Position numbers and translations under genes: made by a program
From: an uncultured bacterium
GTDB lineage: Bacteria > Schekmanbacteria > GWA2-38-11 > J061
Length of the DNA stretch: 64,000 nt
Reading direction: 5' to 3'
NCBI GenBank assembly: GCA_964549305.1
Contig: CAZJVM010000001.1
Span: forward strand, 1 to 64,000
Shown: positions 1 to 9,141 of the stretch, piece by piece
Position numbering within the stretch: the first letter of the stretch is position 1
Layout: every line of letters starts with the position of its first letter
Notes under the pieces: generated by a model
The model's database searches: none
What the model was told of the DNA's origin: nothing
The model's input: the letters and a program-made list of their open reading frames with translations, nothing else

Positions 1-726
1 AAGATTATAAAAGAGGCAAACACGCTTCTTACTCAAATTAATTCTGCGAAAACATATGACAGGGAAACTGTTTTCAAAAGAGCGGAAGATTATCTTAAAA
101 ACGACAATTGGCAGATTAGAAACATAGGCGTCAAATTGCTTGGGATTGCGGGAGAAAAAAAACATCTGCATCTCCTGGCTGAAAGACTGAGAGACGCTTC
201 TGAAGCAGGCTTTGTAAAGAGAAACGCCGCCGTGGCAATGGGTAAAATAGGAGCTTCGCACGATGACGCGAAGGACGCGCTGATTGTCTCTGTTGACGAT
301 AAATACTGGGAAATAAGAGCCGAATCGATTAAGGCGCTTTCGTGTATATATAAAAACGACAAAAAAGTGTTTTCCGTCATTGTCTCGAGGTTGTTAGGTA
401 AAGAATATGATGAAAAGGAAGGATGCGGGCCGGAAAGTTTGTCACGCAAGAGAGAAAAAAACTTTGAGGTAAAGGAAGCGATTGCTTATGCAATGGGTAA
501 TTTTCCCCATATTGGAGACAGCGAAGAGGCATTGAAAATACTTCTCGGGGACGACAACTGGATTGTCCGTGCCGCGGCATTGAATTCTTTGAAAAAAACC
601 GGAAAGATATCGGATTCCACAAAGAAATTTATTAGCAACATCGATTTGACCTGTGAATCATTTACGCCGGTTTTTCCTTTAAAAGAAATTTACACTAAAC
701 TAATCAGCAAAAACGAAGAAGGCTGA
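1..726 (+). CDS. HEAT-repeat protein, 5'-truncated by the window edge
   Basis: Frame is open from base 1 (KIIKEANTLL...). Repeated HEAT-like units: DNWQIRNIGVKLLG, AGFVKRNAAVAMG, KYWEIRAESIKAL, NFEVKEAIAYAMG, DNWIVRAAALNSL. Confidence 0.8.
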   Translation, partial: KIIKEANTLLTQINSAKTYDRETVFKRAEDYLKNDNWQIRNIGVKLLGIAGEKKHLHLLAERLRDASEAGFVKRNAAVAMGKIGASHDDAKDALIVSVDDKYWEIRAESIKALSCIYKNDKKVFSVIVSRLLGKEYDEKEGCGPESLSRKREKNFEVKEAIAYAMGNFPHIGDSEEALKILLGDDNWIVRAAALNSLKKTGKISDSTKKFISNIDLTCESFTPVFPLKEIYTKLISKNEEG

Positions 727-728
727 AT

Positions 729-1829
729 ATGCTCTATCTGCTCTATAAATATTTTTTTGACCCTGACAGCATATTTTCATTTCTGCGCCTTTTCAGATAT
801 CTCACATTCAGGATTATTTACGCCATGGTTACGGCATTTATCATTGCCCTTTTTACCGGACCTTCAATAATAAAGTTTTTGCGAAAGAGCGCTTTTAAGG
901 ATTCTCCGAGAGAAGAGATAGAAGTGATAAATCCTTCCACAAAAGAGGGCACTCCCACGATGGGAGGGATTTTAATTATAACCGCGATGCTCATACCATC
1001 AATTCTCTGGTGCAATCTCTTCAACCCCTTCGTACAAATAATTATTGCCGCGACTATATGGTTTTCCGCTCTTGGCATCAGAGACGATATGATTAAAATA
1101 AGGGAAGGCAGGAAGGACGGAATGAGCAAAAAAGAAAAGCTTTTCTGGCAGGCTTCTTTCGGATTCATCCTCGCGCTGATAATGCTATCGCCCTTGTCCC
1201 CCGTAGGACTCGAAAACGCGACGCACATCAACATTCCTTTTTACAAACACGCAATCGATGTGGGATGGTTTTATATACCTTTTGTAATATTTGTAATAAT
1301 GGCGACGTCAAACGCGGTCAATTTTGCCGACGGGCTTGACGGACTTGCAGTGGGACCTTCCATAATGCTTGCAATGGTTTTCGGAGTTTTTGCATATGTG
1401 CTCGGAAATTTAAATCTTTCGAAATATTTTCAGTTTGAATTCATTAACGGCACCGGCGAGCTTGCTGTATTCTGTGCTGCTTTTATAGGTGCGGGAATCG
1501 GATTTTTATGGTTTAATTCCTATCCCGCCCAGATTTTTATGGGAGATACGGGCTCAATGATGATTGGAGGAGTTATGGGGACGGTGGCAGTGCTCATAAA
1601 GCAGGAGTTTCTTTTCATTATTGCGGGAGTTGTTTTCGTGGCCGAAGCGGCATCGGTTTTTATTCAGATGCTTTTTATAAATTTTGCGGGCAGGCGTTTA
1701 TTTCTTATGGCGCCTCTTCACCATTCGTATCAGAAGAAGGGGATAGCCGAGCCGAAAGTCGTTATCCGTTTGTGGATAATAGCGGCCATATTCGCGCTAA
1801 TTGCTTTGAGTACGCTTAAAATCAGATAA
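729..1829 (+). CDS. mraY: Phospho-N-acetylmuramoyl-pentapeptide transferase (MraY family)
   Basis: Motifs KEGTPTMGG, DD, SNAVNFADGLDGLA, FNSYPAQIFMGDTGS, MAPLHHS; many hydrophobic segments; C-terminal TLKIR. Confidence 0.93.
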   Translation: MLYLLYKYFFDPDSIFSFLRLFRYLTFRIIYAMVTAFIIALFTGPSIIKFLRKSAFKDSPREEIEVINPSTKEGTPTMGGILIITAMLIPSILWCNLFNPFVQIIIAATIWFSALGIRDDMIKIREGRKDGMSKKEKLFWQASFGFILALIMLSPLSPVGLENATHINIPFYKHAIDVGWFYIPFVIFVIMATSNAVNFADGLDGLAVGPSIMLAMVFGVFAYVLGNLNLSKYFQFEFINGTGELAVFCAAFIGAGIGFLWFNSYPAQIFMGDTGSMMIGGVMGTVAVLIKQEFLFIIAGVVFVAEAASVFIQMLFINFAGRRLFLMAPLHHSYQKKGIAEPKVVIRLWIIAAIFALIALSTLKIR

Positions 1830-1852
1830 TTATATAATTGAAAGGTGAATGA

Positions 1853-2539
1853 ATGCAGAAACATTTTTCATTTACGGTAGATTCTTTAAAACCTCTCCTG
1901 GAAGCGCTTATTTTCGTGTCCGAAGAACCGCTTACAATCGACAGGATAACTGAAATCGTATCCGGCGCCGAAAAAGGTTTAGTAAAAGAAGCCGTTTACG
2001 TGCTTATGGAGGAATATGAAAAAAACGGGCGCGGCGTAGAAATCATTGAAATTGCAGGTGGTTTCAAGATGAAGACAAGGGCGGAATTTTCTCAATGGAT
2101 AGGCGCACTCTTTACGACCAAGAAAAAAACCCGTCTTTCTATTCAGGCTCTTGAAACGCTTGCTGTAATAGCATATAAGCAACCTATTACAAAAGCGGAA
2201 ATTGAACAAATAAGAGGCGTCAACATTGTTGGCACTGTACGGACGTTGCTTGAGAGAAATCTTGTCAAGATTCTCGGGAAAAAGGAAGCCCCGGGAAGGC
2301 CTATAATGTATGGCACCACAAAGGAATTTCTGGAATATTTCGGTTTGAAGAATATTTCCTCACTGCCAACGCTCAAGGAGTTTTCCGAGCTTGGGCTCAG
2401 TGAAGTCAGGGATGAAGTTTCAGAAGGAGAGGAAGAAAAAAGTGAAAGCGGTGAGACTGCAGAAGATTTTGGCGGAAGCGGGGATAGCGTCCCGCAGGAA
2501 AGCGGAATTGATGATAACGGAGGGGAGAGTCAAGGTTAA
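1853..2539 (+). CDS. scpB: SMC-Scp complex subunit ScpB
   Basis: LEALIFVSEEPL, LSIQALETLAVIAYKQPITKAEIEQIRGV, PGRPIMYGTTKEFLEYFGL; acidic C-terminal tail. Confidence 0.95.
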   Translation: MQKHFSFTVDSLKPLLEALIFVSEEPLTIDRITEIVSGAEKGLVKEAVYVLMEEYEKNGRGVEIIEIAGGFKMKTRAEFSQWIGALFTTKKKTRLSIQALETLAVIAYKQPITKAEIEQIRGVNIVGTVRTLLERNLVKILGKKEAPGRPIMYGTTKEFLEYFGLKNISSLPTLKEFSELGLSEVRDEVSEGEEEKSESGETAEDFGGSGDSVPQESGIDDNGGESQG

Positions 2540-3185
2540 CGGGAAAACCGTTTCACAACTCGGCGAAAAAGCCGACCCTTCGGTTGACCATATAAAAGTT
2601 GACGGCAGGCTGATAAAAATTCCCTTATCTTCCCGGAAGGAATACTACCTTCTTCACAAACCGCAGGGAGTTATAACTTCTGTTGAGGATGAAAAGGGAA
2701 GGCCCGTGGTAATGGATTACGTTAATTCCTTTCGACGTATTTTTCCTGTGGGAAGGCTGGATTTTAATTCCGAAGGGCTTCTCATTTTAACCGATGACGG
2801 GGACTTCTGTAAGATTCTGACAGATGCTTCTTCAGGTATCGAGAGAGTATATGAGGTTAAGCTCAGAGGCACTGTGGCAGCGGAAATAAAGAAAAAAAAC
2901 ATTAAAAAAGTTTATATAGAGAAAGGATATGTTTCATATCCCGTTATAAATATATTAAGAGAAACTAAGGGCAACACCTGGGTTACGACGGCAATTAAAA
3001 CTGGGCGCAACAAAGAGATTAGAAAGATATTCGACAAACTGGGATATTCCGTCGTGAGGTTAAAACGAATTAAATACGGCCCCTTTGAATTAGGAAACAT
3101 CCCTGTGGGGGGGAGTCGTAAATTTACTCAGGAAGAAATCAGTGAAGCAAAGAGAATCGTAAATAAATTTAAAAAGAAAAAATAA
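2412..3185 (+). CDS. rluB: rRNA pseudouridine synthase (RsuA/RluB family, S4 domain)
   Basis: RLQKILAEAGIASRRKAE S4 start; catalytic VGRLDFNSEGLLILTDDG; follows scpB. Start uncertain (ATG 2412, GTG 2442 or GTG 2451). Confidence 0.88.
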   Translation: MKFQKERKKKVKAVRLQKILAEAGIASRRKAELMITEGRVKVNGKTVSQLGEKADPSVDHIKVDGRLIKIPLSSRKEYYLLHKPQGVITSVEDEKGRPVVMDYVNSFRRIFPVGRLDFNSEGLLILTDDGDFCKILTDASSGIERVYEVKLRGTVAAEIKKKNIKKVYIEKGYVSYPVINILRETKGNTWVTTAIKTGRNKEIRKIFDKLGYSVVRLKRIKYGPFELGNIPVGGSRKFTQEEISEAKRIVNKFKKKK

Positions 3186-3212
3186 AATAATATTCAGGGA
3201 GGAAAAAGCAAT

Positions 3213-4373
3213 ATGGGAATGTGGATAGGAGTAAACAGAAAAGCGCGAAGGTCTTACGGTTTTGACGAAATCGCTCTCGTGCCCGGTGATGTAACCGTAA
3301 ATCCCAATGAAGTCGATATAAGCTGGCAGCTTCGTGATAAAAAATTTAGTATACCAATTCTCGCGGCGGCCATGGATGGCGTAGTCGATACGAAGTTTGC
3401 CATAGAAATGGGAAAAAACGGAGGTCTTGCGGTCTTGAATCTCGAAGGAATACAGACGAGATATGAAAATCCGTCAGATATTCTCGACAGCATCGCAAAC
3501 GCGTCAAATGAGGAATCCACGAAGCTTGTTCAGTCGATTTATCTGGAGCCCGTTAAGGAGGAATTAATCAGTAAGCGCATCAGGGAAATCAAGGATGCCG
3601 GCGTAATTGCCGCTGTTTCAGCCATTCCTCAGAAGGCGGAAAAATACGGAAAGATTGCCGAAGAGGCAGGTGCCGACATATTAGTGGTGCAGTCAACTGT
3701 AACCACAGTAAAGCATATTTCCACAGAATATGAAATTGTGGATTTTGCGAAACTCTCGAAGGAAATATCAATACCAATCATAGTCGGCAACACGGTTACT
3801 TACAAAGCAACTCTGGAATTGATGGAGACGGGGATAGACGGCGTATTGGTCGGCATAGGACCCGGCGCCGCCTGCACCACGAGAGGTGTGTTGGGCATAG
3901 GAGTTCCTCAGGTCACGGCAACTTGCGACTGTGCAGCGGCAAGAGACGCTTATTTTAAAAAAACCGGAAGATATGTGCCAATAATCACTGACGGAGGAAT
4001 GAGCTCCGGCGGTGATTTCTGCAAAGCGATTGCCTGCGGAGCAGACGCGGTGATGATAGGTTCTTCTTTTGCCAAGGCAAAGGAAGCGCCGGGAAGAGGT
4101 TATCATTGGGGAATGGCAACACCTCACGCAAACCTTCCCAGAGGCACGCGCATCAGGGTTTCCACGACGGGCACATTGAAGCAAATTCTCTACGGTCCCG
4201 CGGAATTCGACGACGGTTCCCAGAATTTGGTTGGAGCGCTTCAGACATCTATGGGAAACTGCGGGGCGTCAACTATGAGGGAAATGCAGGAAACAGAGAT
4301 AATAATAGCGCCTGCCATAAAAACGGAAGGAAAGATTTTTCAGCAGGCGCAAAAAGTGGGTATGGGAAAATAG
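3213..4373 (+). CDS. guaB3: IMP dehydrogenase family protein, GuaB3 type (no CBS domains)
   Basis: [16 protein letters not shown]-terminus; catalytic loop [37 protein letters not shown]; directly upstream of guaA. Confidence 0.9.
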   Translation: MGMWIGVNRKARRSYGFDEIALVPGDVTVNPNEVDISWQLRDKKFSIPILAAAMDGVVDTKFAIEMGKNGGLAVLNLEGIQTRYENPSDILDSIANASNEESTKLVQSIYLEPVKEELISKRIREIKDAGVIAAVSAIPQKAEKYGKIAEEAGADILVVQSTVTTVKHISTEYEIVDFAKLSKEISIPIIVGNTVTYKATLELMETGIDGVLVGIGPGAACTTRGVLGIGVPQVTATCDCAAARDAYFKKTGRYVPIITDGGMSSGGDFCKAIACGADAVMIGSSFAKAKEAPGRGYHWGMATPHANLPRGTRIRVSTTGTLKQILYGPAEFDDGSQNLVGALQTSMGNCGASTMREMQETEIIIAPAIKTEGKIFQQAQKVGMGK

Positions 4374-4378
4374 ACAAA

Positions 4379-5935
4379 ATGAGCTGGAACAGTGAAAAGA
4401 TATTAATACTCGATTTTGGTTCGCAATATACACAGTTGATTGCAAGGAAGATTAGGGAACTCAAGGTCTATTGCGAGATTCATCCATATAACACGGAATT
4501 TGATACAATTCGCGAATACTCCCCGAAGGGAATTGTGCTTTCCGGAGGTCCCGCAAGTGTGCGTGAGGAAGCTTCTCCCCTGTGCGATGATAGAATCTTT
4601 GAGATGGGCGTTCCCGTGCTTGGTATATGTTACGGCTTTCAACTTATGTCGCGGCATTTCGGAGGCAAGGTGAGCATATCTTCAAAGCGTGAATACGGAA
4701 GAGCAGTGATTGACATAATCGGTGATGACCCGATAGTGGAGGGGATGAAAGACATTCCGGAAAAAGAGCGTGTCGTGTGGATGAGCCACGGCGACCATGT
4801 GGAATCCCTTCCGGGTACTTTTAACAGAATCGCCACCACAGATAACTGCGAAAACGCGGTGGCAAAGCATTCCGAGTATGAATTCTACGGACTGCAGTTT
4901 CATCCGGAAGTTGCCCATACGGCGAGAGGAAAGGATTATCTCAGCAACTTCCTCTTTAAAATATGCCGTTGCGAAGGGCTATGGGATATGGGGTCCTTTG
5001 TTGAGGAGAAAGTAAAGGAAATCAGGAAAACCGTAGGCGAAGGCAAAGTGCTTCTCGGTTTGAGCGGCGGAGTCGATTCTTCCGTTGCCGCTGTACTTAT
5101 AAACAAGGCCATAGGCCGCAGACTGCACTGCGTATTTGTAAATAACGGAGTGCTTCGCAAAGGGGAAGCTGAAAAGGTTATATCCACATTCAGAAATCAC
5201 TTCGACATAAACCTTACCTATGTCGATGCTTCCGGGGAGTTTCTCGGGCTTTTGAAGGATGTGTCCGACCCCGAGAAGAAAAGAAAAATAATAGGCAATC
5301 ATTTTATAAAGGTTTTTGAAAGAGAAGCGGAAAAACTCGGAGGCTTTGATTATCTCGCGCAGGGCACTCTCTATCCTGATGTAATTGAAAGCGTATCCTG
5401 CAAAGGACCTTCGGCGACCATAAAAAGTCACCACAATGTGGGAGGTCTTCCGGAGAAATTTGACTTCGAACTGATTGAGCCCTTCAGAGAGCTTTTTAAA
5501 GATGAGGTGCGGCTTGTAGGCCAGTCACTTAATATACCGGAGGATATTATTTTTCGTCAGCCCTTTCCCGGTCCCGGGCTTGCAATAAGAATTATAGGTG
5601 AGATTACTCACGAAGGGCTCGATGTGCTGAGAGAGGCAGATGCCGTAGTAGTTGAGGAGATAAAGAATGCCGGGCTTTACAGGCAGATATGGCAGTCCTT
5701 TGCCGTGCTTCTGCCGGTAAGGACAGTAGGAATAATGGGCGATGAGCGCACATACGAAAATGTCGTTGCCATAAGGGCTGTTGAGAGTTTCGACGGGATG
5801 ACCGCGGACTGGGTAAAACTTCCCCACGAGCTTCTCGAAAAAATATCAAACAGGATAATCAACGAAGTAAGGGGAGTCAACAGAGTCGTCTACGATATAA
5901 GCTCCAAACCGCCCAGCACGATTGAGTGGGAATAG
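4379..5935 (+). CDS. guaA: GMP synthase (glutamine-hydrolysing)
   Basis: [39 protein letters not shown]-terminal KPPSTIEWE. The real start is ATG 4379, not 4106. Confidence 0.97.
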   Translation: MSWNSEKILILDFGSQYTQLIARKIRELKVYCEIHPYNTEFDTIREYSPKGIVLSGGPASVREEASPLCDDRIFEMGVPVLGICYGFQLMSRHFGGKVSISSKREYGRAVIDIIGDDPIVEGMKDIPEKERVVWMSHGDHVESLPGTFNRIATTDNCENAVAKHSEYEFYGLQFHPEVAHTARGKDYLSNFLFKICRCEGLWDMGSFVEEKVKEIRKTVGEGKVLLGLSGGVDSSVAAVLINKAIGRRLHCVFVNNGVLRKGEAEKVISTFRNHFDINLTYVDASGEFLGLLKDVSDPEKKRKIIGNHFIKVFEREAEKLGGFDYLAQGTLYPDVIESVSCKGPSATIKSHHNVGGLPEKFDFELIEPFRELFKDEVRLVGQSLNIPEDIIFRQPFPGPGLAIRIIGEITHEGLDVLREADAVVVEEIKNAGLYRQIWQSFAVLLPVRTVGIMGDERTYENVVAIRAVESFDGMTADWVKLPHELLEKISNRIINEVRGVNRVVYDISSKPPSTIEWE

Positions 5936-5960
5936 CGTATTTGCCGGTTGCAACAAATTT

Positions 5961-8084
5961 ATGGGGGAAATCTCGCTTATTAAGAAAAAACAAGTTCAGC
6001 TGATTGTTTTATTTATATTTGGTTTTTTATTGCTTTCCAATTTCAACACTTATTCCGCCGAAATCAATTATTATCAAAAGGCGCAGAATTTCGAAAAATC
6101 AGGAAACGAACATCTGGCGTCAGTCTGTTATATAAGGTGCATTTCGGAGTATAAACCGATTTCTGATTATTTTCTTTACAGAATATTTCTCATCGCGCGA
6201 GACAAGGGCAATATTTCGTCTTGCAGGAAAATCACGAAAATCTTCAAAAAAAAATACCGCGAAAGCAGATGGTACGAAGGAGTGCTTTCGGGTATGGCAA
6301 ATATGCTTCTGTTGCGTGAAGAATACGGAGAGTGCGTCAAGATTTATTCTGAATGTCTGAATATTTCAAAGGCAACCGACAGAAGGGCAGAGGTGATTTT
6401 CAAACTTGCTGAGGCATATAAAAAAGAGGGTAAAAAGAGCAGTGCTAAAAAATATTACCTTACGCTTTGGAAAAATTATCCTTTTTCACCTTACGCTAAA
6501 ACCGCGGAAGATATCCTTGCAGGTGAATATTACGGCGTCAAAGACGCAAGGGATAAATTCTATCTGTCAATACTGCATAAACGGGCGAAAATCCTTCACC
6601 AAAATTTCCTTTATAAGGCCGAGTTGACAGAACTTGAATATATAATAAGAAAGGCGGGAAACTCGCTGAGTAATTTTGTACTTGATGTAATTATGGATAA
6701 AGGCAGGGCGCTTGAAAGGTTAAAGGATTACCGAAGTGCCGCAAAACTTTATGACAGCATAGGCAACAGGATAAAAAAAAGCGCTTATGCTTCAAAATAT
6801 CCTTTCTTCCTTTACAGAGAAACAAACTGTTATCTTCAGTTGTCCGATGAAAAGAATTTCCTCTCTGACGCAAATGAGATGGTCGGAAAATATAAAAACT
6901 CTTCTTATTGCGGGCGCACATACTATCTTCTTTATACCTTTTATAAAAACAGGAATGATTATAAAAATGCGAGATTTTACCTGGACAAGATAGTTGAAGG
7001 GGGAAGCAAGTATTTCGAAAAGGCTGACTTGCTGTGGAAAGCGGGTTTCCTCAGTTACGAAGAAGGGGATTACTCGTCCGCCATAAAATATTTCAGGATG
7101 TCTTCGGAATCTGCGGGAAATGATTCGAAACAATTCAGCAAGGCTTTGTTTTGGACCGGGAAGTCAGCGGAAAAAATAAGGCTTTCCGCCTACGCGCAGA
7201 CTATGTTTAAAAAAGCGGAATCTTCGGACAGTTACTACGGTTGGTTGTCCCGGTACAGAGTTGACGGCAGTAAAATGAATTTAATGTCGTTAAACGATAT
7301 TAAGTGCCGGGATATTGGTTTAAGCGACGGCACAGACTCAGATGATTTTTCCTGGAATCGTCTTCGTAATATAAAAGATAAAAAGTTTGTCCATTATTTA
7401 GAGCGCTCATTTTTGTTAAATATGCTGGGCGACGACGGAAATTCCGTCTATGAGTTGAACAAAGGGCGAAAACTGCTGAAGAATCCGGACAGGGCAGGTA
7501 AAGTTGCATTAGCATCTCTTCTGGTGCATTTAGGGGGATACAGGGAGGCAATTGATTATTTGAGGAGAGAAAACGATAATACGCTCAATATTCTTTCTCC
7601 TTCCGAAGATATTATGAGAATAGTCTACCCCTTTGCTTATTACGATGAAATCGCCCGTTCTTCAAAGGATGCCTCAATAAATCCGTTTTTCGTAATGGCA
7701 TTGATTCGTCAGGAGAGCTTTTTCAATCCGGCAGCATTGTCAACAGCCGGCGCGGTGGGATTAATGCAGGTGATGCCTTCAACTGCGGAGAAAGTTGCCG
7801 GATCGGATATATACGGGGAAATGCTCTATGATTACCGTTTAAATATCAGCATAGGCGTCAAATACCTTTCCGGGTTGATGGGGGAAAACGGCAGGAATCC
7901 CTATTTGGTTTTACCTGCCTATAATGCGGGGGAAAAAAAATTGGCTGAATGGAAGAAAAAGATAGATTATTCCGATCCCGAATATTTTACGGAGAAGATA
8001 ACCTATGGTGAAACGCGGGAATACATAAAAAAGGTGATGACGAATTTCTTTAACTATATGAGTATTTACTGCGGGGAGAACTAA
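5961..8084 (+). CDS. slt: Soluble lytic transglycosylase (Slt70-like; TPR/helical repeats plus SLT domain)
   Basis: N-terminal signal/TM segment; TPR-like repeats; catalytic ALIRQES, GAVGLMQVMPSTA, AYNAG, ETREYIKKV. Start uncertain. Confidence 0.88.
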   Translation: MGEISLIKKKQVQLIVLFIFGFLLLSNFNTYSAEINYYQKAQNFEKSGNEHLASVCYIRCISEYKPISDYFLYRIFLIARDKGNISSCRKITKIFKKKYRESRWYEGVLSGMANMLLLREEYGECVKIYSECLNISKATDRRAEVIFKLAEAYKKEGKKSSAKKYYLTLWKNYPFSPYAKTAEDILAGEYYGVKDARDKFYLSILHKRAKILHQNFLYKAELTELEYIIRKAGNSLSNFVLDVIMDKGRALERLKDYRSAAKLYDSIGNRIKKSAYASKYPFFLYRETNCYLQLSDEKNFLSDANEMVGKYKNSSYCGRTYYLLYTFYKNRNDYKNARFYLDKIVEGGSKYFEKADLLWKAGFLSYEEGDYSSAIKYFRMSSESAGNDSKQFSKALFWTGKSAEKIRLSAYAQTMFKKAESSDSYYGWLSRYRVDGSKMNLMSLNDIKCRDIGLSDGTDSDDFSWNRLRNIKDKKFVHYLERSFLLNMLGDDGNSVYELNKGRKLLKNPDRAGKVALASLLVHLGGYREAIDYLRRENDNTLNILSPSEDIMRIVYPFAYYDEIARSSKDASINPFFVMALIRQESFFNPAALSTAGAVGLMQVMPSTAEKVAGSDIYGEMLYDYRLNISIGVKYLSGLMGENGRNPYLVLPAYNAGEKKLAEWKKKIDYSDPEYFTEKITYGETREYIKKVMTNFFNYMSIYCGEN

Positions 8085-8090
8085 ATGTAC

Positions 8091-8960
8091 CTAATGAATT
8101 TGATTGATGTAATCTTCAATGAGACTGCGGTTTTCAGGAGATATTCTCGAGATGTTTATCCCGGTTGAGTATTTTATTACATCACCTTCGGGAACCTCTA
8201 TGCATCTGCACACCTTTCCGTCAATGTAAATGACTTTGTCGTTAATCATGAGATTTACTCCAACGTGGTCATTGGGTTTCAACGGATAAATATGCCGAAG
8301 AAGAAGTCCGCTGAGACTTATATCCGTTACTTCCGCTTTTTCCTTGTTTTCTTCCATATTTTCCTTGTTTAGACTGTTGCAGTAAGCAAAGGTATTTACG
8401 CTGTAACGGGGATAACGTCTTTTTTCGAGATATGAGTGTGTCATGGAAATCAATTCCATAAACCTGTCGGGAGAATTGATGGAAAGAAAACCGTCGATGA
8501 ATGCACTGTTTTTAAGAAGATTGTTCCAGTAAAGATTCAGTTTTTCTTTTTCAACATCATTCTTTCCGTCTTTTTGAAAAGCTTCCACCGAGTGAAATAA
8601 CATTACACAGATAACTTTAATGCCCGCACTTCCCTCGATACCCAAATCAATCTTTTTCTTTAAACGACCAATGAAAAGAAGTGAGTTAGAAATGTAAAGA
8701 AAAGGGCAGTAATTAATAGTAAAGGGAAAAACTCCGTTCTTCAGGAAGTCTGACGCGTCCCTGAGAAGCGATTCCTTCATCTTTCCCCATTGTTTGGAAA
8801 GAAGCGCGAATTCTCTTCTCGCTGCCTGAGAGTTGCATACTTTATCAGATGATGAAAGCTTGCCTGATATTTCGAGGAATAAGTCTTTTATATTGTCTGA
8901 CTCAAGATCAAGGTCGACAATATCGGGGAGATACTCTTTGAATTCCTCTTTTATAGCCAT
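8091..8960 (-). CDS. PilZ-domain protein with a degenerate PTS EIIA-like N-terminal domain
   Basis: C-terminal PilZ motifs KRRYPRY (RxxxR) and DISLSG (DxSxxG). The N-terminal region resembles EIIA-2 (IVDLDLESDN...FIGRLKKKIDLG...IKVICVML); that part is inference. Confidence 0.75.
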   Translation of the reverse strand: MAIKEEFKEYLPDIVDLDLESDNIKDLFLEISGKLSSSDKVCNSQAARREFALLSKQWGKMKESLLRDASDFLKNGVFPFTINYCPFLYISNSLLFIGRLKKKIDLGIEGSAGIKVICVMLFHSVEAFQKDGKNDVEKEKLNLYWNNLLKNSAFIDGFLSINSPDRFMELISMTHSYLEKRRYPRYSVNTFAYCNSLNKENMEENKEKAEVTDISLSGLLLRHIYPLKPNDHVGVNLMINDKVIYIDGKVCRCIEVPEGDVIKYSTGINISRISPENRSLIEDYINQIH

Positions 8961-8987
8961 AATTTAATTATTAATAAGTTAATTTAA

Positions 8988-9017
8988 ATTATAAGATTTT
9001 GTCATTAGTCGTGTCAA
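8988..9017 (-). promoter_or_regulatory. sigma70 promoter for the PilZ gene
   Basis: Minus strand reads TTGACA-18 nt-TATAAT (plus-strand TGTCAA 9012-9017, ATTATA 8988-8993), about 28 nt upstream of the ATG. Confidence 0.7.
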
Positions 9018-9141
9018 TTTTTTTGTCAAAAATCAATAAGCAATTTTTTAAGCGAAAAACAGTTTCAGTTTCGGTAATAGTCCTTCTAATCTTTAGGGAA
9101 ATCTTTATTAATTTATGATTGGTAATCAAAGAGGGATAAAT

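Noticed and set aside
1771-1779. DnaA box TGTGGATAA inside mraY
   Set aside because: A single copy within coding sequence (LWII), consistent with chance.
4106-4378. 91-aa N-terminal extension of GuaA in the ORF track
   Set aside because: It overlaps the guaB3 3' end in another frame. GuaA homology begins at ATG 4379 ([16 protein letters not shown]).
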